In this document: positions 27,501 to 42,500 of the stretch, in pieces | Numbering within the stretch: position 1 is the first letter of the stretch | Layout of the letters: every line of letters starts with the position of its first letter | Source: Felis catus | Lineage: Eukaryota | DNA: 64,000 nucleotides | Reading direction: 5' to 3' | Assembly (NCBI RefSeq): GCF_018350175.1 | Contig: NC_058383.1 | Coordinates: 5,396,001 to 5,460,000 of the forward strand | Position numbers and translations under genes: made by a program | The notes under the pieces: model-generated | Seen by the model: only the letters and a program-made list of their open reading frames with translations | Database searches by the model: none | What the model was told of the DNA's origin: nothing

Positions 27501-30500
27501 CTGCTAGGTCATGAACTCAACACCTTTTGTTCTGGAGCCCCTGTACCCAGGACAGAGCCCCCTTTCCTCTGACTGAAGGAAGGACACATGGGGTAACCTT
27601 CCTGAAACTTTGCATGTTTAAGAACATCCTTCTTCGATGTTACTTGTGATGGATAGTTTGGCTCAGCAAAGAATTCTACACTGAAAACCATTTTCTCTCA
27701 GAACTTCTCAAATGACCTGATTTTCCTTCTGGAAGCTTCTAGGATCTTTATACTTCTGAAACTGCCCATTGTATGGGTAGAAATATGTCTTTTTGGTTCA
27801 CCGTGCAAGACTTTCAGTGGGCCTTTTCGGTCCAGCAAATGTGTACCTCTTAAGCAAGAGGTGTCCCCATAATCACTTTGCTGCTCTCCTCTCCTCCACA
27901 TTGTGAATCACATGTTGAAATCCTCCTCTCCCATTGTTCTTCCGTATGTTCATCTCATATCCTTTCATCTCATGCTCCAGGCAAGACAATTCATCTTTAA
28001 CCCTTACAATGACGTTCTGTCAAAAATTATAATTTTGGGGGACAGGGGCTGAAAAGGTTGTTGTTTAATGGGTACAGAATTTGTGTTGAAGGAAAGTTCC
28101 GGAAACCGTGATGATGGCTGTACAACAGCGTGAATGTAGTGATGTCACTGAGCTGTACACTTAAAGATGGTTAAAACGGTGGGGTACCTGGGTAGCCGAG
28201 TCAGTTAAGTGTCCGACTACTGATTTCGGCTGAGGTCATGATCTCACAAGTTTGAGACCAAGCCCCACATCAGGCTCCGTGCTAAGCATGGAGACTGCCT
28301 GGCATTCTCTCTCTCCCTCTCTCTGCCCCTCCCCGGCTCACACTTTCTCTCTCAAAATAGACATTAAAAGGAAGAGGGTTAAAATGGCAAATTTCATGCC
28401 ACGTCCATCTTGCTCCAGTCAATACGCTTAGGAACTGTATTTTCAGTTAAGCCTAGTTCATGCTCGTTCACGCTCACCCGGACTCTTTTGTGTCTTCCTG
28501 GTTCTATTTTATAGATACACTTCTCTAATCTCTGGACGCAAACTTTTTCAAGTTCTCTCTGTTCCCAGAGTCATTTTTGTTTCTCTCAGGACCTACAGTT
28601 TTGTTTTTCCAAACATGCTGAAGGATGAGGGAGTGTGTGGCCCAGGTGCTCACACCCACACCGGCCACTCTAGGGCTCCCTGGATCGTTCTTCTTTAAAA
28701 GGACCCTCGACTTTCACCCGGGGATAGGTGTCAGCTGCCTGTGTGCAAGCACAGGAAAAGGGGTGGCCGGCGGATTTATATACATTTCACCTACTCCCCT
28801 TCTTTCCAAGCTCACGTCCCCCTCCCGACTCCTCAGGTGTCCCCCCAAGCCGGGAGCTTCTCTGGGCTTCTGGGGGGCGGGTGGGCTCTTGCCCGAGCAC
28901 ACTCCCTCCACTCATGTCCTCGGCCAGACTTCCTCCACCAGCATCACACTTATACCCCCTTTCTGCCTTCCAAGGAGAGACAGCCCCCTCGTGCTCTGAT
29001 GTGCACTCCTCCCTGCGCTCTTACAACATCATTTCTAGGCCTTTACAAGTTGAAACATAATTGTACTCTCAGGTGGAGAAGAAGATAAACATACATGCTT
29101 AGCTTTCTTTCTTGAACCAAAACCACCTTTAAAAAAATCCAGCTTCTGGGGCACCCGGGTGGCTCAGTCAGTTAAGCATCCGACTTCGGCTCAGGTCAAA
29201 ATCTCGCGGTCCGTGAGTTCGAGCCCCGCGTCGGGCTCTGTGCTGACAGCTCAGAGCCTGGAGCCTGTTTCGGATTCTGTGTCTCCCTCTCTCTGCGACC
29301 CTCCCCTGTTCACGCTCTGTCTCTCTCTGTCTCAAAAATAAATAAAATAAACTTTAAAAAAATCCAGCTTCTAACAATGGGGCACCTGGGTGGCTCAGCT
29401 GGTTAAGCTTCCGACACTTGATTTCAGCTCAGGTCATGATCTTGCGATTCGTCGGTTCGAGCCCTGCATCGTGCTCTGCGCTGACAGGACAGAGCGAGCC
29501 TGCTGGGGAATTCTCTTTCTCCCCCTCTCTCCTTAGCCCTCCCCCGCTGTCTCGCGTGCGCTCACTCTCTTTCTCTCGCTCTCTCTCATAACAAAGAAAT
29601 GAACTTGAAAAAAACAAAACAACAACCTAACAAGATGATACCCTGAAACAAACGGACACTAAGGTTATAGAATCAGCAAGTCCTCGGCTTTCAAATCCGC
29701 AAAAGCAGAATTCACTGAGGCGTAGCCAGGCCCACACCAGAAGGCACCGGACTACGAGGTAACACAACCTTCGGTGGCCTCTGGTTTGTGAGCGCCCGGG
29801 ACTTCAAACCCTGGTGAGTCAGAACAGTATTTGAATACAGATACACTATCTGTCACTCTGATTCTTTCGCTAATAACAAAAGTACTGAAAAGGAGCTGAG
29901 AATCAGCCCACTGTTCCAGAGGAGCACTCACTGTGAGTCATACGGTGCTTAGAACTCTCAACTTTCATTCCGAGAAACAACGAAGAGGTATGTACGTGCA
30001 CACACTTGTGTACACACGCAAGAAGGGTTTACTTTTCGCGTTAATCTGCGACACTGGAGGGAAAAACAGTTGTTACCTTATAAACAATTAAATGCAGGGC
30101 TTCATACGTGTCGTCCGTATTTACAAAAATCTTGGGGAATCTGCATTTTGCTTCTGGATCATTTAGGTTCAAGGGTCCAGTAAGAAATCTGCAAAGTAAG
30201 CACGGAAATGACTCCATTCAATTAGGCAAAGTACAAACAGGAATATATTCCTACTTAATATATATTCATTTTGGGGGGAAGACACCAAATCAGAATACGA
30301 TAAAGTTTTAACTCACTGGAGACATCAATTTCCTTTGCTGATTATTGCCAATAAACAGCACAAAGGTAATTCAGTGTTGATGATTTTATCTTTACCAAAA
30401 GAGATCATAAAATCTAATACTGTTTTTCAGAGAACACAAGTTTTACCTTCCATAATGTTGAAGATTTCCTGGCATCTCTGCCCTTATTGGAGAATCTCTT

Positions 30501-33500
30501 CCCGCCAACTGTAAACAAATACAATGTTTAGAAATGACTTCTTAGATATTCCTACTTTTAAAGCTTTAAAAACAGCACTCATATCTACTAGTTGGCTCCA
30601 GACCATTTTTCTGTATCATTCTCTCCTCTTATCCCACCAAAAAGAGAGAGGAAGGATTACAGAGGAAAAGAAGGCACTGATATGAAGCAGAACCATCATA
30701 ACTTGATCATAACCTCAACTCCATACACTGACTTAGTTCCTTTTATGCCAATAACCAGAATCTCCCACGGGGTTAACAGATGCTAGGCGATGACCACCTC
30801 ATACGACCCCTAGAGAGAACACACTCTTCCTATCTCCTGGTCGTGGACACTCAAGTTAGTACAAGTTCACCAACGCACACAGGTCCTACATGGCAGAGCC
30901 AGGCATTGACCGCAAGCCTCTGTGACATCAAAGCCCCTGCCTGAGCCAGGACGTCACACCCCCTCGTGGATCTGGATGTGGAGCATGGAGCACACTCCTG
31001 ACATTCTTTCTCTGAAGATGTACTGCTTTCAACACACATAGGAAAAGGAAAAAAAATCCAAGCGTGTTAGCTAAAACCTGTTACTCTAAAAAGTTTTGAC
31101 ATTCTTTCAGTCTATACAAAGTTTTAGCATAGAAGTCCCCTCCCCAAAGACTGAAAAACATTCTAAATGCAACAGTAAAAACATAGCTCCAACTCTCCCA
31201 CGTGCGGTGGTCATGAGACAAGACCTCATGCATCCACACTCACGTTGCCACGTTGTGTACTGTGGCTTGCTATTTTGTAAGCCTGGCTCCTTGGACTTAT
31301 CATCAAGCACCAAACAGAGTTCCCTGTTGCAGCAGTGGCACGGTCACACGTGGAAAAGCCTCCCGACGGTGTGCATGTAAGCAGGTAATTTAGCATCAGG
31401 CAGACCCTGAGATCAAGTCCTGGCCCTGCCACTTCCTAGCTAGTGACCCCGGGCACATCACCGAAGCCCCCTCAGCCGGAGTATCCGACGTGTAAGATGG
31501 GCCTCAGGACGCCAGGAGATCGTTCACGTTTGCTGGTCGTTCGGTTCGGTGTCTGGTATGTGGTACGTTCTCAAGAAACACGAGTCACTGCACTCAAACC
31601 GCCTGGAAAGGGACTAAGTACAGGACTAGGTCCTTCTCGGAACCTTCCTTTCAATTTCTTTTTCTTTTCCTTTTTTTTCTTAAGTAAGCTTCACAACACG
31701 GGGCTTGAACTCACGACTCTGAGATCGAGACCTGAGCGGATATTGAGTGGGACGCTGAACCGACTGAGCCCCCCGGGGGCCTATCAATTTCCTACCAAAG
31801 TCATTTTCTTCCTGTTGTTTAACTCACAGAGGGAGGGCAAGGAGAGGGCAAGCACATATATGCACCTGAGCCAAAATGGTTTCTGGGCTTCAAGTATTTT
31901 TCATCTTCAACCCGAGGAGAGCTGCAGAAGGGCACTGTGGGGAGAAGGCTGCAGCATTACTTACTGGTCTCTGCATAAAACTGGGAAATACGGCACCACA
32001 GTGGAGAAGCCAGGCAGGCAACAGAACATCCACTCAATGACACCTCACGTTTGTAATGACAAGACTACAGGATTAACCTTTGTTCTGTCAAAGATCCTGG
32101 GCGTTTTCAAGTTCCCAGAACCCTACCTAAAATCCCAGCTTTTCCTCTGCTCGATGAATTGCTCTTCTTGCGAACAGACCTTTCTACTGCATTTGAACCT
32201 AACAAAACCAAGAGGTGGCATATGTGGTTTTCTGGGGTAACGAAAACACAACCAAATACTTATCATACCAGCAACGTAAAATACAGATCAGAACTGCCCC
32301 ACCCACCACCGCGTTACTCCGCCCTCCTCCCCAGCCCCCCAGCCCGGGCGCACAGGTGTGCGGGGTGTGTGCGTGTGTATACATACGGGATACACACACA
32401 TAGAGACGGGGGTGGGTTGGGGGGGCGGGGGAGAGAGACTAGTACCCGGCCATACCTCAGGTTCAATATGCCTTGGAAATAGAGATGTGGTGAGGTATTT
32501 GTATAAAATTCTCATGTCATCTTGCTCTAACCCACTCCTGAAACATCAGAAAAGCACGGTGTTAAAAGCCTGGAACTGGTCTTCCGTCTTCCCACAGCTC
32601 TGATTGTAACAGAGCTCCTCTCTTCCTCGTTTCCATTTTATCAAGATGCCGTCTCTTTGTCAAGTTCCAGAAGGGACTGGATTCAACTAGTCTGGCCCCG
32701 GCAGTGATCCTGACCTGGCGAAGGCTACTATTGCGCCATCTTGTACTCTACGTGCCATTTTAACAAAAAGCCACCAGTCTGATTTGATGGGACTTGATTC
32801 GCTCCTTGAATCCCATGGAGGATTCCTCAGGGAGCATGAACGACCACAACGCTCCACTTCGGGCCGCCGATTTCCCTCCGCTTTCTAGGCCATGCGGAAA
32901 CGCATATGCCATCGCCCGGCCTCCCGGCAAATACTGGCATGCTGTAGACGGGGGATGTGCTCCCGCCGGGTCTCAGAAACATACGAGGATTTTAATTCTA
33001 TGATTTCCGTGTAGGCAGAAAGGAGCAAGAGAAAGAGAGAAACTTCCAGGCAGATCTCATCTGACATGAGGCGAGAATAAGCATGGGGAAATGGGTGCGG
33101 AGACACTAGCAGGCATCAGACCCTGTCTGAAATCATGTGTCTAGGTAGGGGTATAAACAGACGATGAGGAGTCGGTCTGGGGTTTTTTCTCTTCAAGAGA
33201 ACAGAAAAAAAAAAAAAAAAAAAAATCCTGCGCTAAGATCCAACTCTATATAAATCAAGCCTCTACAGCACATTCCAGAGGCTTGCTCTGCTTTTCCCAG
33301 AAAGACCATCTGTTAGAAAAATCTGGCTTGTCCTGGCAAATACATGCTGTTCCCTTACTGAGACTGTTCCGAGGCTGTCTCACCTTTTCCTCTTCCTATG
33401 CCACCCTCTTCTTTCCAGGTTCAATTTTCACAAGGTCTGGTCCACAGCTGAAAGTGTAAGGGGGCTCTGGCCCCTTAAGCAGGTTTGTTCTGTTTTCCAC

Positions 33501-36500
33501 CAAGCAGAACCTTTAAGGTTTGTCCTAGGACAACCCTAACTCTCCAACTCTCACGCAGCCAAACGAGGCAGACCAAATTTCCAAATCAAACGTGTGAAGT
33601 CACCTACTCTTTCGTTTTGCAGAAAAAAAAAAAAAAACTCAGGTAAGGAGAGAGAAAGAGAAAAAGGAAAACAAAACAGATTCTGGATGTTACTATCCTT
33701 TCAAGACAGGAGTCAGAAGTGCTGGTGGGGCAGGGTCGTCGACGGTCAAGTAGAAGAGATCATCACGTGAAGTACTACGTTCTGGGCCATTTCTAGCACT
33801 GCCAGTAACAGCAGCTACTGGGCCCATCTGGCCACTGAACACTTGAAATGTGGCTGGTTGCGTTAAGTGCTAAAACACACGCTAGAGTTTTAAGATTTAG
33901 CACCAAAAAAAAAAAAAGTCATTAATAATTTATGTTTTTACAAGTTGAAATAAATAACCTTAGAAATACTGGGCTAAAATATTAATTTCACCAGTGTTTT
34001 TTTTTTTTCAACATAGCTACTGGGAAACTTAAAATAATACACGTGGCTTGACCCCTATTCATTCTGGATGGTGCTATTCTAGACCACAGGGCGCAAAGTA
34101 GAAAAAACCCTGTAAGAAGAAATGGAAGAAAACACTACTTAACTGCTTCCTATGTGTGCCACGTTAGGGCTTGGTTTTTATCACTTAAGACTCAATGCTA
34201 GGCACTAAATACTTTGGTGGTGGTTTTCTGGATTGAAAACTTAAAAAGAAAAATACTAAGCTGCAGCCAGCTGTCCCAAGCACAAAACCCGAAGCAGACA
34301 ATTCCTGCTTTGCCTGCACTAAGGCCTGCCCCAGTGGTAGGATCTCCGTTAGCAACCCTCTCTCCAGTGTTTGCCACCCAGCCCTTCTTCTGCTCCCCTA
34401 AGAAATAAAACGCAACATACAAATACAGATACAAAAATAAATGAAGTAATAATGCATTATAATTATAGAGGATGTTACTACTGGGGAACAGTTTTTAGGA
34501 AAAAAAATAAGAGTTAAAAAAAAATCAAAAAGTTCCTTCCTTAACACAAATAAGCAAACAGATAATACATAAAGCAAAAAATTCCTGCACTGGCAGGTCC
34601 AAATGATTCAGGATTCTATCAATGGCTCACATCAAACAGGAAACAGACCGCTCATGTTCAGACGTAAAGGTGTTCCTTCAAAGTCTCTCAAATATAGTTA
34701 TTTAATATGAATAATTAAAAAAAATTAAAGTCTGTTTATTTTGAGAGAGAGACAAAGAGAACATGAGTGGGAGAGGATCAAAGAGAGAGAGGGAGAGAGA
34801 GAATCCCAAGCAGGCTCAATGCTGTCAGCAATGAGCCCAACACAGGGCTTGATCTCACGAGCCGTGAGATCATGACCTGAGCCAAAATCAAGAGGTGGAC
34901 GCTTAACCGACTGAGCCACTCAGGCATCCCATTATAATTTTTTTCTTAAAAAAAAAAACAAAAACAAACAAAAAAACACAAACTTTTCTTCAGCTTAAAT
35001 GTCAACTGATCCACTTGTGTGCAATGCAAAATCCTTTCCATCAGGATCAGTTCAGTCTACGATAAGGACTACATTACTGTCGCGTATTAAATGTAAAATA
35101 ATCTAGTCCAGATTATGCTCAACTTTGATTAACTTAAGTATCTAAAGCAGTTATTCATAAAAGCATTAACCTCTGGAAACTAAATCCATTCACTAAAAAG
35201 AAAATACTCTCAAAAAATAGGGCAAGGGGGGTGCCTGGGTGGCTCAGTTGGTCAGACGACCGACTTCAGCTAGGGTCATGATCTTGCAGTTTTTGAATTA
35301 GAGCCCCATGTCAGGCTCTGTGCTGACAGCTCAGAGCCTGGAGCCTAATTCAGATTCTGTGTCTCCTCCTGTCTCTACCCCTCCCCTGCTCACACTCTGG
35401 GTCTCTCTGTCTCTCAATAATAAATACACGTTAAAAAAATATTTTTTAATAAAAAACAAAAACAGGCCAAAAAAAAGCAAAATAAAACAAAACAGGCCAA
35501 GAACTCTGGACAAGAAAGCCGAATGACCTCCTACCAAAGAGCAGTAATGTCGAATGCTATCATGGCCCCTGTAAAACCAAATCCATCCATGAAATGCAAC
35601 ACAGTTCAAACAGAAGAGATTTTCTACTAACCATTTGCTTTGAGCTCACAACCAACATTTACTGAGCACATACAGTGTACCAGGTTCTGGCCATGTCCTG
35701 GAACAGACAGATATTTCTATCCTCAATCAGTTAATTTCAAAACAATACAGTAAGTAGCAAACCAAAACCATCAATACATTAAAAAAACATATGCCATGAT
35801 CAAATGGGATTTATTCTCAGAATGCAAGGGTGGTTCGATGTTCACGAAACAATCAATGTGATGCAGCACATCATTAAGAGAAAGGATAAAACCCATATAA
35901 TCATTTCAATAGATGCGAAAAAAAAAAATTCGACAAAGTACAATATCCATTCATGACAAAAACCCTCTGCAAAGTAGGCCTAGAAGGAATATACCTCAAC
36001 ATAATAAAGGCCATGTATGAAAAACTCACAGCAAACACCACAGTTAAAAGGGGAAACATTGAGGGCTTTTCCCCGAAGATCAGGACCAAGACAAGGATGC
36101 CTATCCTCACCACTTTTACTCAACATCGAACTAGAAGTCCTAGCCACAGTAATCAGACAACAGAAAAAATAAAAAGGCATCCAAACAGGTAAGGAGGAAG
36201 TAAACCTGTCACAATTTGCAAATGACACGATACTCTGTATAAAAACCTCTAAAGACTCCACCAAAAAACTGCTAAAACCGACAAATAAATTCAATACAGT
36301 TGCATACAAAATCAATGCACACAAATCTGTCGCATTTCCATACACTAGTAACGAAGCAGAAGGTGAAATTAAGAAAACAATCCTATTTACACTGCACTAA
36401 AAATAATAAAATATTTAGGAATAAACTTAACCAAAGAGGTGAAAGACCTGTACTATGAAAACTATAAAACACTGATGAAAGAAATTCAAGACAACACAAA

Positions 36501-39500
36501 TAGACATTTTGAAGAATATCGTTAAAAGGTCGACACTACCTTAAAGCAATTTACACACTGAATGCAACCTCTGTGAAAATACCAACAGTATTTTTCACAG
36601 AACTGTAACAATCCTAAAATCTGTATGGAATCACAGAAAACCTTGAATAGCCAAAGCAATCTTGAAAAAAGTAATTCCAGATTTCCAATTACATTATAAA
36701 GCAGTAATTAAGACAGTATAGTACTGGCATAAAAACAGACAAATGGTGCTGGGAGAAGTGGACAGCAACATGCAGAAGAATGAAACTAGACCACTTTCTT
36801 ACACCATTCACAAAAATGAACTTAAAATAGATAAAGGACCTGAATGTGAGACAGGAAACCATCAAAACCCTAGAGGAGAAAGCAGGAAAAAACCTCTCTG
36901 ACCTCAGCCACAGCAATTTCTTACTTGACACATCTCCAAAGGCAAGGGAATTAAAAGCAAAAACGAAATATTGGGACCTCATCAAGATAAAAAGCTTCTG
37001 CACAGCAAAGGAAACAATCAACAAAACTAAAAGGGAACCAATGGAATGGGAAAATATATTTGCAAATGACATATCGGACAAAGGACTAGTATCCAAAATC
37101 TGTAAAGAACTCACCAAACTTCTCACCCGAAAAACAAATAATCCAGTGAAGAAATGGGCAGAAAACATGAATAAACACTTCTCTAAAGAAGACATCCGGA
37201 TGGCCAACAGGCACATGAAAAGATGCTCAACATCGCTCATCAGGGAAATACAAATCAAAACCACACTGAGATACCACCTCACAGCAGTCAGAGTGGCCAA
37301 AATGAACAAATCAGGAGACTATAGATGCTGGCGAGGAAGTGGAGAAACGGGAACCCTCTTGCACTGCTGGTGGGAATGTAAACTGGTTCAGCTGCTCTGG
37401 AAGACAGTGTGGAGGTTCCTCAAAAAATTAAAAATAGATCTACCCTATGACCCAGCAATAGCACTGCTAGGAATTTACCCAAGGGATACAGGAGTGCTGA
37501 TGCACAGGGGCACTGGTACTCCAATGTTTATAGCAGCACTTTCAACAATAGCCAAATTATGGAAAGAGCCTAAATGTCCATCAACTAAGGAATGGATAAA
37601 GAAATTGTGGTTTATATATGCAATGGACTACTACGTGGCAGTGAGAAAGAATGAAATGTGGCCTTTTGTAGCAACGTGGATGGAACTGGAGAGTGTTATG
37701 CTAAGTGAAATAAGCCATACAGAGAAAGACAGATACCATATGGTTTCACTCTTATGTGGATCCTGAGAAACTTAGCAGAAGACCATAGGGGAGGGGAAGG
37801 AAAACAAAAGTTAGAGAGGGAGAGAACCAAACCATATGACACTCTTAAAAACTGAGAACAAACTGAGGGTTGATCGGGGGTGGGAGGGCGGGGAGGGTGG
37901 GTGATGGGCATTGAGGAGGGCACCTGTTGGGATGAGCACTGGGTGTTGTATGGAAACCAATTTGACAATAAATTTCATATTAAAAAAAACAGACATACAG
38001 ATCAATGGAATAGAACAGAAAACTCCAAAATAAACCCACAATTATACAGTCAATTAATCTTTGACAAAGGAGGAATGAATATCCAACGGAGAAAAGTCTC
38101 TTCAACAAATGGGTTTTGGAAAAACTGGAGGGCGACATGCAGAAGAATGAAACCGGACCACATTCTCACACCATACACAAAAATAAACTCAAAATGGATT
38201 AAAGACCTAAATGTGAGACCTGAAACCATAAAAACCCTTGAGGGGAGCACAGGCAGTAACATCTCTGACATCGGCTGTACCAACATTTTCTCTCCCGAGG
38301 CAAGAGAAATAAAAAAATAAACCATCTGGGACTCATCAAAATAAAGTTTCTGCACAGCAAAGGAAACAATCAACAAAACTGAAAGGCAAACTGGAATGGT
38401 AGAAGATACTTGCAAATCCAATAAAGGGTTAATATCCAAAATAAATAAAGAACTGATACAACTCAACACCCAAAGAACAAATAACCCAATCAAAAAATGG
38501 GCAGAAGACACGGATAGACATTTCACCAAAGACACCCAGATGGTCAACAGACACCTGAAAAGATGCTCATCATCACTCATCATGAGGGAAATGTGCACCA
38601 AAACTACAATGGGAGATCACCTCATTCCTGTCAGAATGGCTAAATTCGACGTTCGACAACCCAAGACACAACAGCTATTGGTGAGGATGTGGAGAAAGGG
38701 GAACTTTCTTCCACTGTTGGCTGGAATGCAAACTGGTACAGCCACTGTGGAAAATATTATCAAGATTCCTCCGAGTGGAAACCAGTATGGAGGTTCCTCA
38801 AAATATTGAAAATAGAACCGCCCTATGTTCCAGCAACTACACTACTGGGTATTTGCCCAAAATATACAAAAACACTAATTCAAAGGGATACATGCACCCC
38901 TATGTTTATGGCAGCATTATTTTCAACAGTCAAACTACAGACGCAACCCAAGTGCCCATAAATAGATAAATGGATCAAGAAGATGTGGTGTACCCTTGTT
39001 AAGATGAACACAGGGTGTTATACGTAAGTGATGAATCATGGAAATCTACCCTCAAAACTGAGAGCACACCGTACATGCTGTATGTTAGCCAATTTGACAA
39101 TAAGTTACATTAAAAAAAAGATATGGTGTATATATACAATGAAACATTATTCAGCCATGAAAAAATGAGATACTCCCGTCTGCAACAATATCAAGAGTGT
39201 AATGCTAAGCGAAATAAGTCAGAGAAAGACAAATACCATAGGACTTCACTCATATGTGGAGTTTAAGAAACTAATGAACAAAAGATAAAAAAGAGAGAGA
39301 GAGAGAGAAACAAACCAAAAAACAGACTCTCAACTATAGAGAACAAACTGATGGTTCCCAAAGGGGAGGCAGGTGGGGGTAGGCAGGAATAGGGGTGTAG
39401 GGATTAAATAGTATACTTATGATGAAAAAAACAAAACATTAAACACAGCAACACCACCACTGGGCTCCACTTGACAAAACAAACCATTCAAAACTAAAAA

Positions 39501-42500
39501 ACATATGTATATCTACGGTAAGCATTAAGAGCAAATACATATTCTGCCCACGAAATACGAAATACTTCATAGGTATTTTCATACACTAGCTTTGTGATTA
39601 ACAGCCGCTTCTCAAAATGCTGTTTTTCTTGAAGCTCCTTCTTGTGGTGACTGTCTGGGACCAGCTCTGTCTGCCCTGCCAGCATATTAGGGTGGGACCA
39701 CAAAGCAGCTCTGTATGACCACCAGAGCTGGGCACTGCTTAACCCCAGGGGGTGTCGGGACATCCTTCGCAAAGACAAAGATACCAAGAGGATCCCAGGA
39801 GCTGGGTAACATTTAGCCCTGTGAGCTTAGGCTTCTGGAACGTAGCCAGGCTTGCTCGTCAGGCTGGCCCCACAGCCTCTCAGCAGGAGCTACTGACCTT
39901 GAGGGGACCCTCTTGCTCTAGGCCCGAACCCTTTCTCACCTCCCCAGCTCATACCCACGTCAGGCCTTCTGCTGTACCTGGCGACTGGAATCTGAGCTGC
40001 CCTTCCTCTGCCAAGGGCACCAAGGCTACGGACTGCTGTTCAATTCCAGCTCGTCCCTCAATCTCGTCACCGTGGCCGCGTGCACCCTTCCCAGCATCTC
40101 CCTGTTAATTTCTGCCTTTGGAAAGCTACTCCCTCCCCAGACCTGACGCCCTCCAACCCCGTGTAAGTAACTCCCCTTCACCTTCTCGCGGCAGCATTAA
40201 GAATTTCATTTCACTACTACAGCATGCATATCATAAAAAGCACCTAGAACAGGGCCGGCTAATACAGCATCAGGTTCCCTGCTAAATAATTTGTTAAACA
40301 AAAAAGAAGAGGCCTTTTCATCTGGAATTTGTTGTTCTCATAGGAGAAAACAAACTCTACATCAAAACTCATCAATGTGTTTAATAAACAATGTGTTTAA
40401 CTTCTTCCAGTCAATTTCTCTTCCTAAAATGAGGCTACAAGACCTTGGCAGGGAGAGGACGGGTTTCGGGGAACCGTGGAAAGTTTCGGGGAACGGTTAC
40501 TGCCCTGTTAGCTGAACTCGGGTTTAGCGCTCAAACGTGGCCGCAGCCCTAACTGAAGAAAGCGGGGTATTAGTACAAGCAAACATGAAAACTGAATGCG
40601 TGCGGGCACCCGAAGAGCTCCCGAACCCCAGCAGCCCATCTCAGACACAGATGAACAGCCGGCTCCACACCCCCTGCAGGTCTATGCAGTCGCACGCACG
40701 TTCGCGGGGCTTTGCTGGAGCTGCCTTGCCGCAGTTGAAAGCATTAGTTACAGTTTATCTTTTCTTCTCCAGGATTAACATTCCCAAAGAAATTATGTTT
40801 TTGTTCTCACTACAGGTTGCACAGTTTGTTGCGAGCGGGTAACTTCCTGGTTTTATAACACATTTAACTTCTCGGGTATTTTTTTTTTTTTTTTCATCTA
40901 GCTTCTTTAAAACAAAGTCTGAAAAGTATGCTTTCCACATTTACTATACGGTTTCTTTAAAGACGTTTTTGGAAGAACGCCAAAATAAAAACGGGCTTCT
41001 TAAACTCAGCTCGGCAGAAACGTTTTCTCCACCTTGCATGGCGCCAGTTTTAAGCTCCCCTGCTTGGTCGTTTTAACCCAAACCACCCTACTTTTGGTTT
41101 AAGTCATCACTGCTTCATTTTGACAGGATCTATAAAGACGCTTCCCACCTTGCCCTTGCCCCCTTGCTATCTGTTCCAGTCCAACAGCCTGCTATCAACC
41201 CAGTCACTGCGGTTTTTATGATCCTCAAAGATTTTCTTCTTTTACAGGCCAAGCCTCGGGAGCATACATACCAGATCAGCTGATCGTTATAGAGGAAGGC
41301 GGTGTATTTGACTATACTCAGGCTTTCCTCCATTCTATTAATAAAGGATTGGATTTTCAAATAAGTCATTTTATCCAAGGGGAAGAAGCTGATTCCACCA
41401 AAAATGTCGAGCAGATCACATGACTGCAGATGCAACGTTTGCAAGTACTGTAGGAAAAAAAAAAGGCGTCAAACTTAGAGTACACGGAATAGAGCACTGA
41501 CAGTTCAGGGTAATTAGTCAATTTATGATACGATTGCATACTACTGTGCCAAGAAGACCAGTAAGGGGGTGGGCCACAGCTAACTAGATGTGCAGTCAGT
41601 ACCAATTTCACGACATTAAGCTCAAACATAACTAGTTAATGTTTGTTCAGGATTGTGTCTTGTCTCTTTGAAGCGCTAACTCCTTATGCTAGCGCTCCTC
41701 AAGTTATATCAACCTTATTAGGGATGTCAACAGTGACGTCACGGACAGACACTGCCACCTCCTACCAAAATAACGTTGAAAGGACAGGTAGTCAGTTGTT
41801 GATGGACAGGAGGGTAAAGAAGGCAAGAACAGGAATCAGGAGGCAGCAGGAGGGTAAATAATTATGGTCAGTAAAGTGAAGAAACAGGGGCGCCTGGGTG
41901 GCTCAGTCGATTAAGCGGCTGACTTCCGGCTTAGGTCATGATCTCATGGTCCGGGAGTTCAAGCCCGGCGTCGGGCTCTGTCCTGGCAGCTCAGAGCCTG
42001 GAGCCTGCTTCAGACTCTGTGTCTCCCTCTCTCTGCCCCTCCCCTGCTCACACGCGTGCGCTCTCTCTCTCTAAAATAAACAAATGTGGGGCGCCTGGGT
42101 GGCGCAGTCGGTTAAGTGTCCGACTTCAGCCAGGTCACGATCTCACAGTCTGTGAGTTCGAGCTCTGCGTCGGACTCTGGGCTGATGGCTCAGAGCCTGG
42201 AGCCTGCTTCCGATTCTGTGTCTCCCTCTCTCTCTGCCCCTCCCCCGTTCATGCTCTCTCTCTCTCTCTCTGTCCCAAAAATAAATAAAATAAATAAATA
42301 AAATAAACAAATGTAAAAAAACAAACAAAAAAAAACAGATCAAAGATAATTTAGGGAAAAAAACTGAGAATTATTCCACTAAAACTGATTTTTACCAGAG
42401 GTAGAGTATATAAAATGTAACTTACTGTAAAACAAAGTGGCAACTATTTAGGGACACTCATTCATCATTTGGGAGGGAAAAATCACATTAAAAACCACTA

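Noticed and set aside
31443..32240. 265-aa + strand ORF antisense in CCZ1 intron 8
   Set aside because: GTG start, runs through MIR and SINE sequence, no recognisable domain or splice structure.
32640..33000. CpG-enriched intronic stretch with a GCCATCTTG (YY1-like) motif, considered as a snoRNA or poison exon
   Set aside because: I found no convincing C/D or H/ACA architecture or splice-site pair; would need an Infernal/Rfam scan and conservation data.
33763..33770. TCACGTGA CLEAR-like core in CCZ1 intron 7
   Set aside because: Single 8-mer 12 kb from the promoter; expected by chance in 64 kb.
36846..37766. 306-aa ORF, the longest in the track
   Set aside because: C-terminus of L1 ORF2 in a 5'-truncated insertion with no promoter, ORF1 or EN/RT domains; not a gene.
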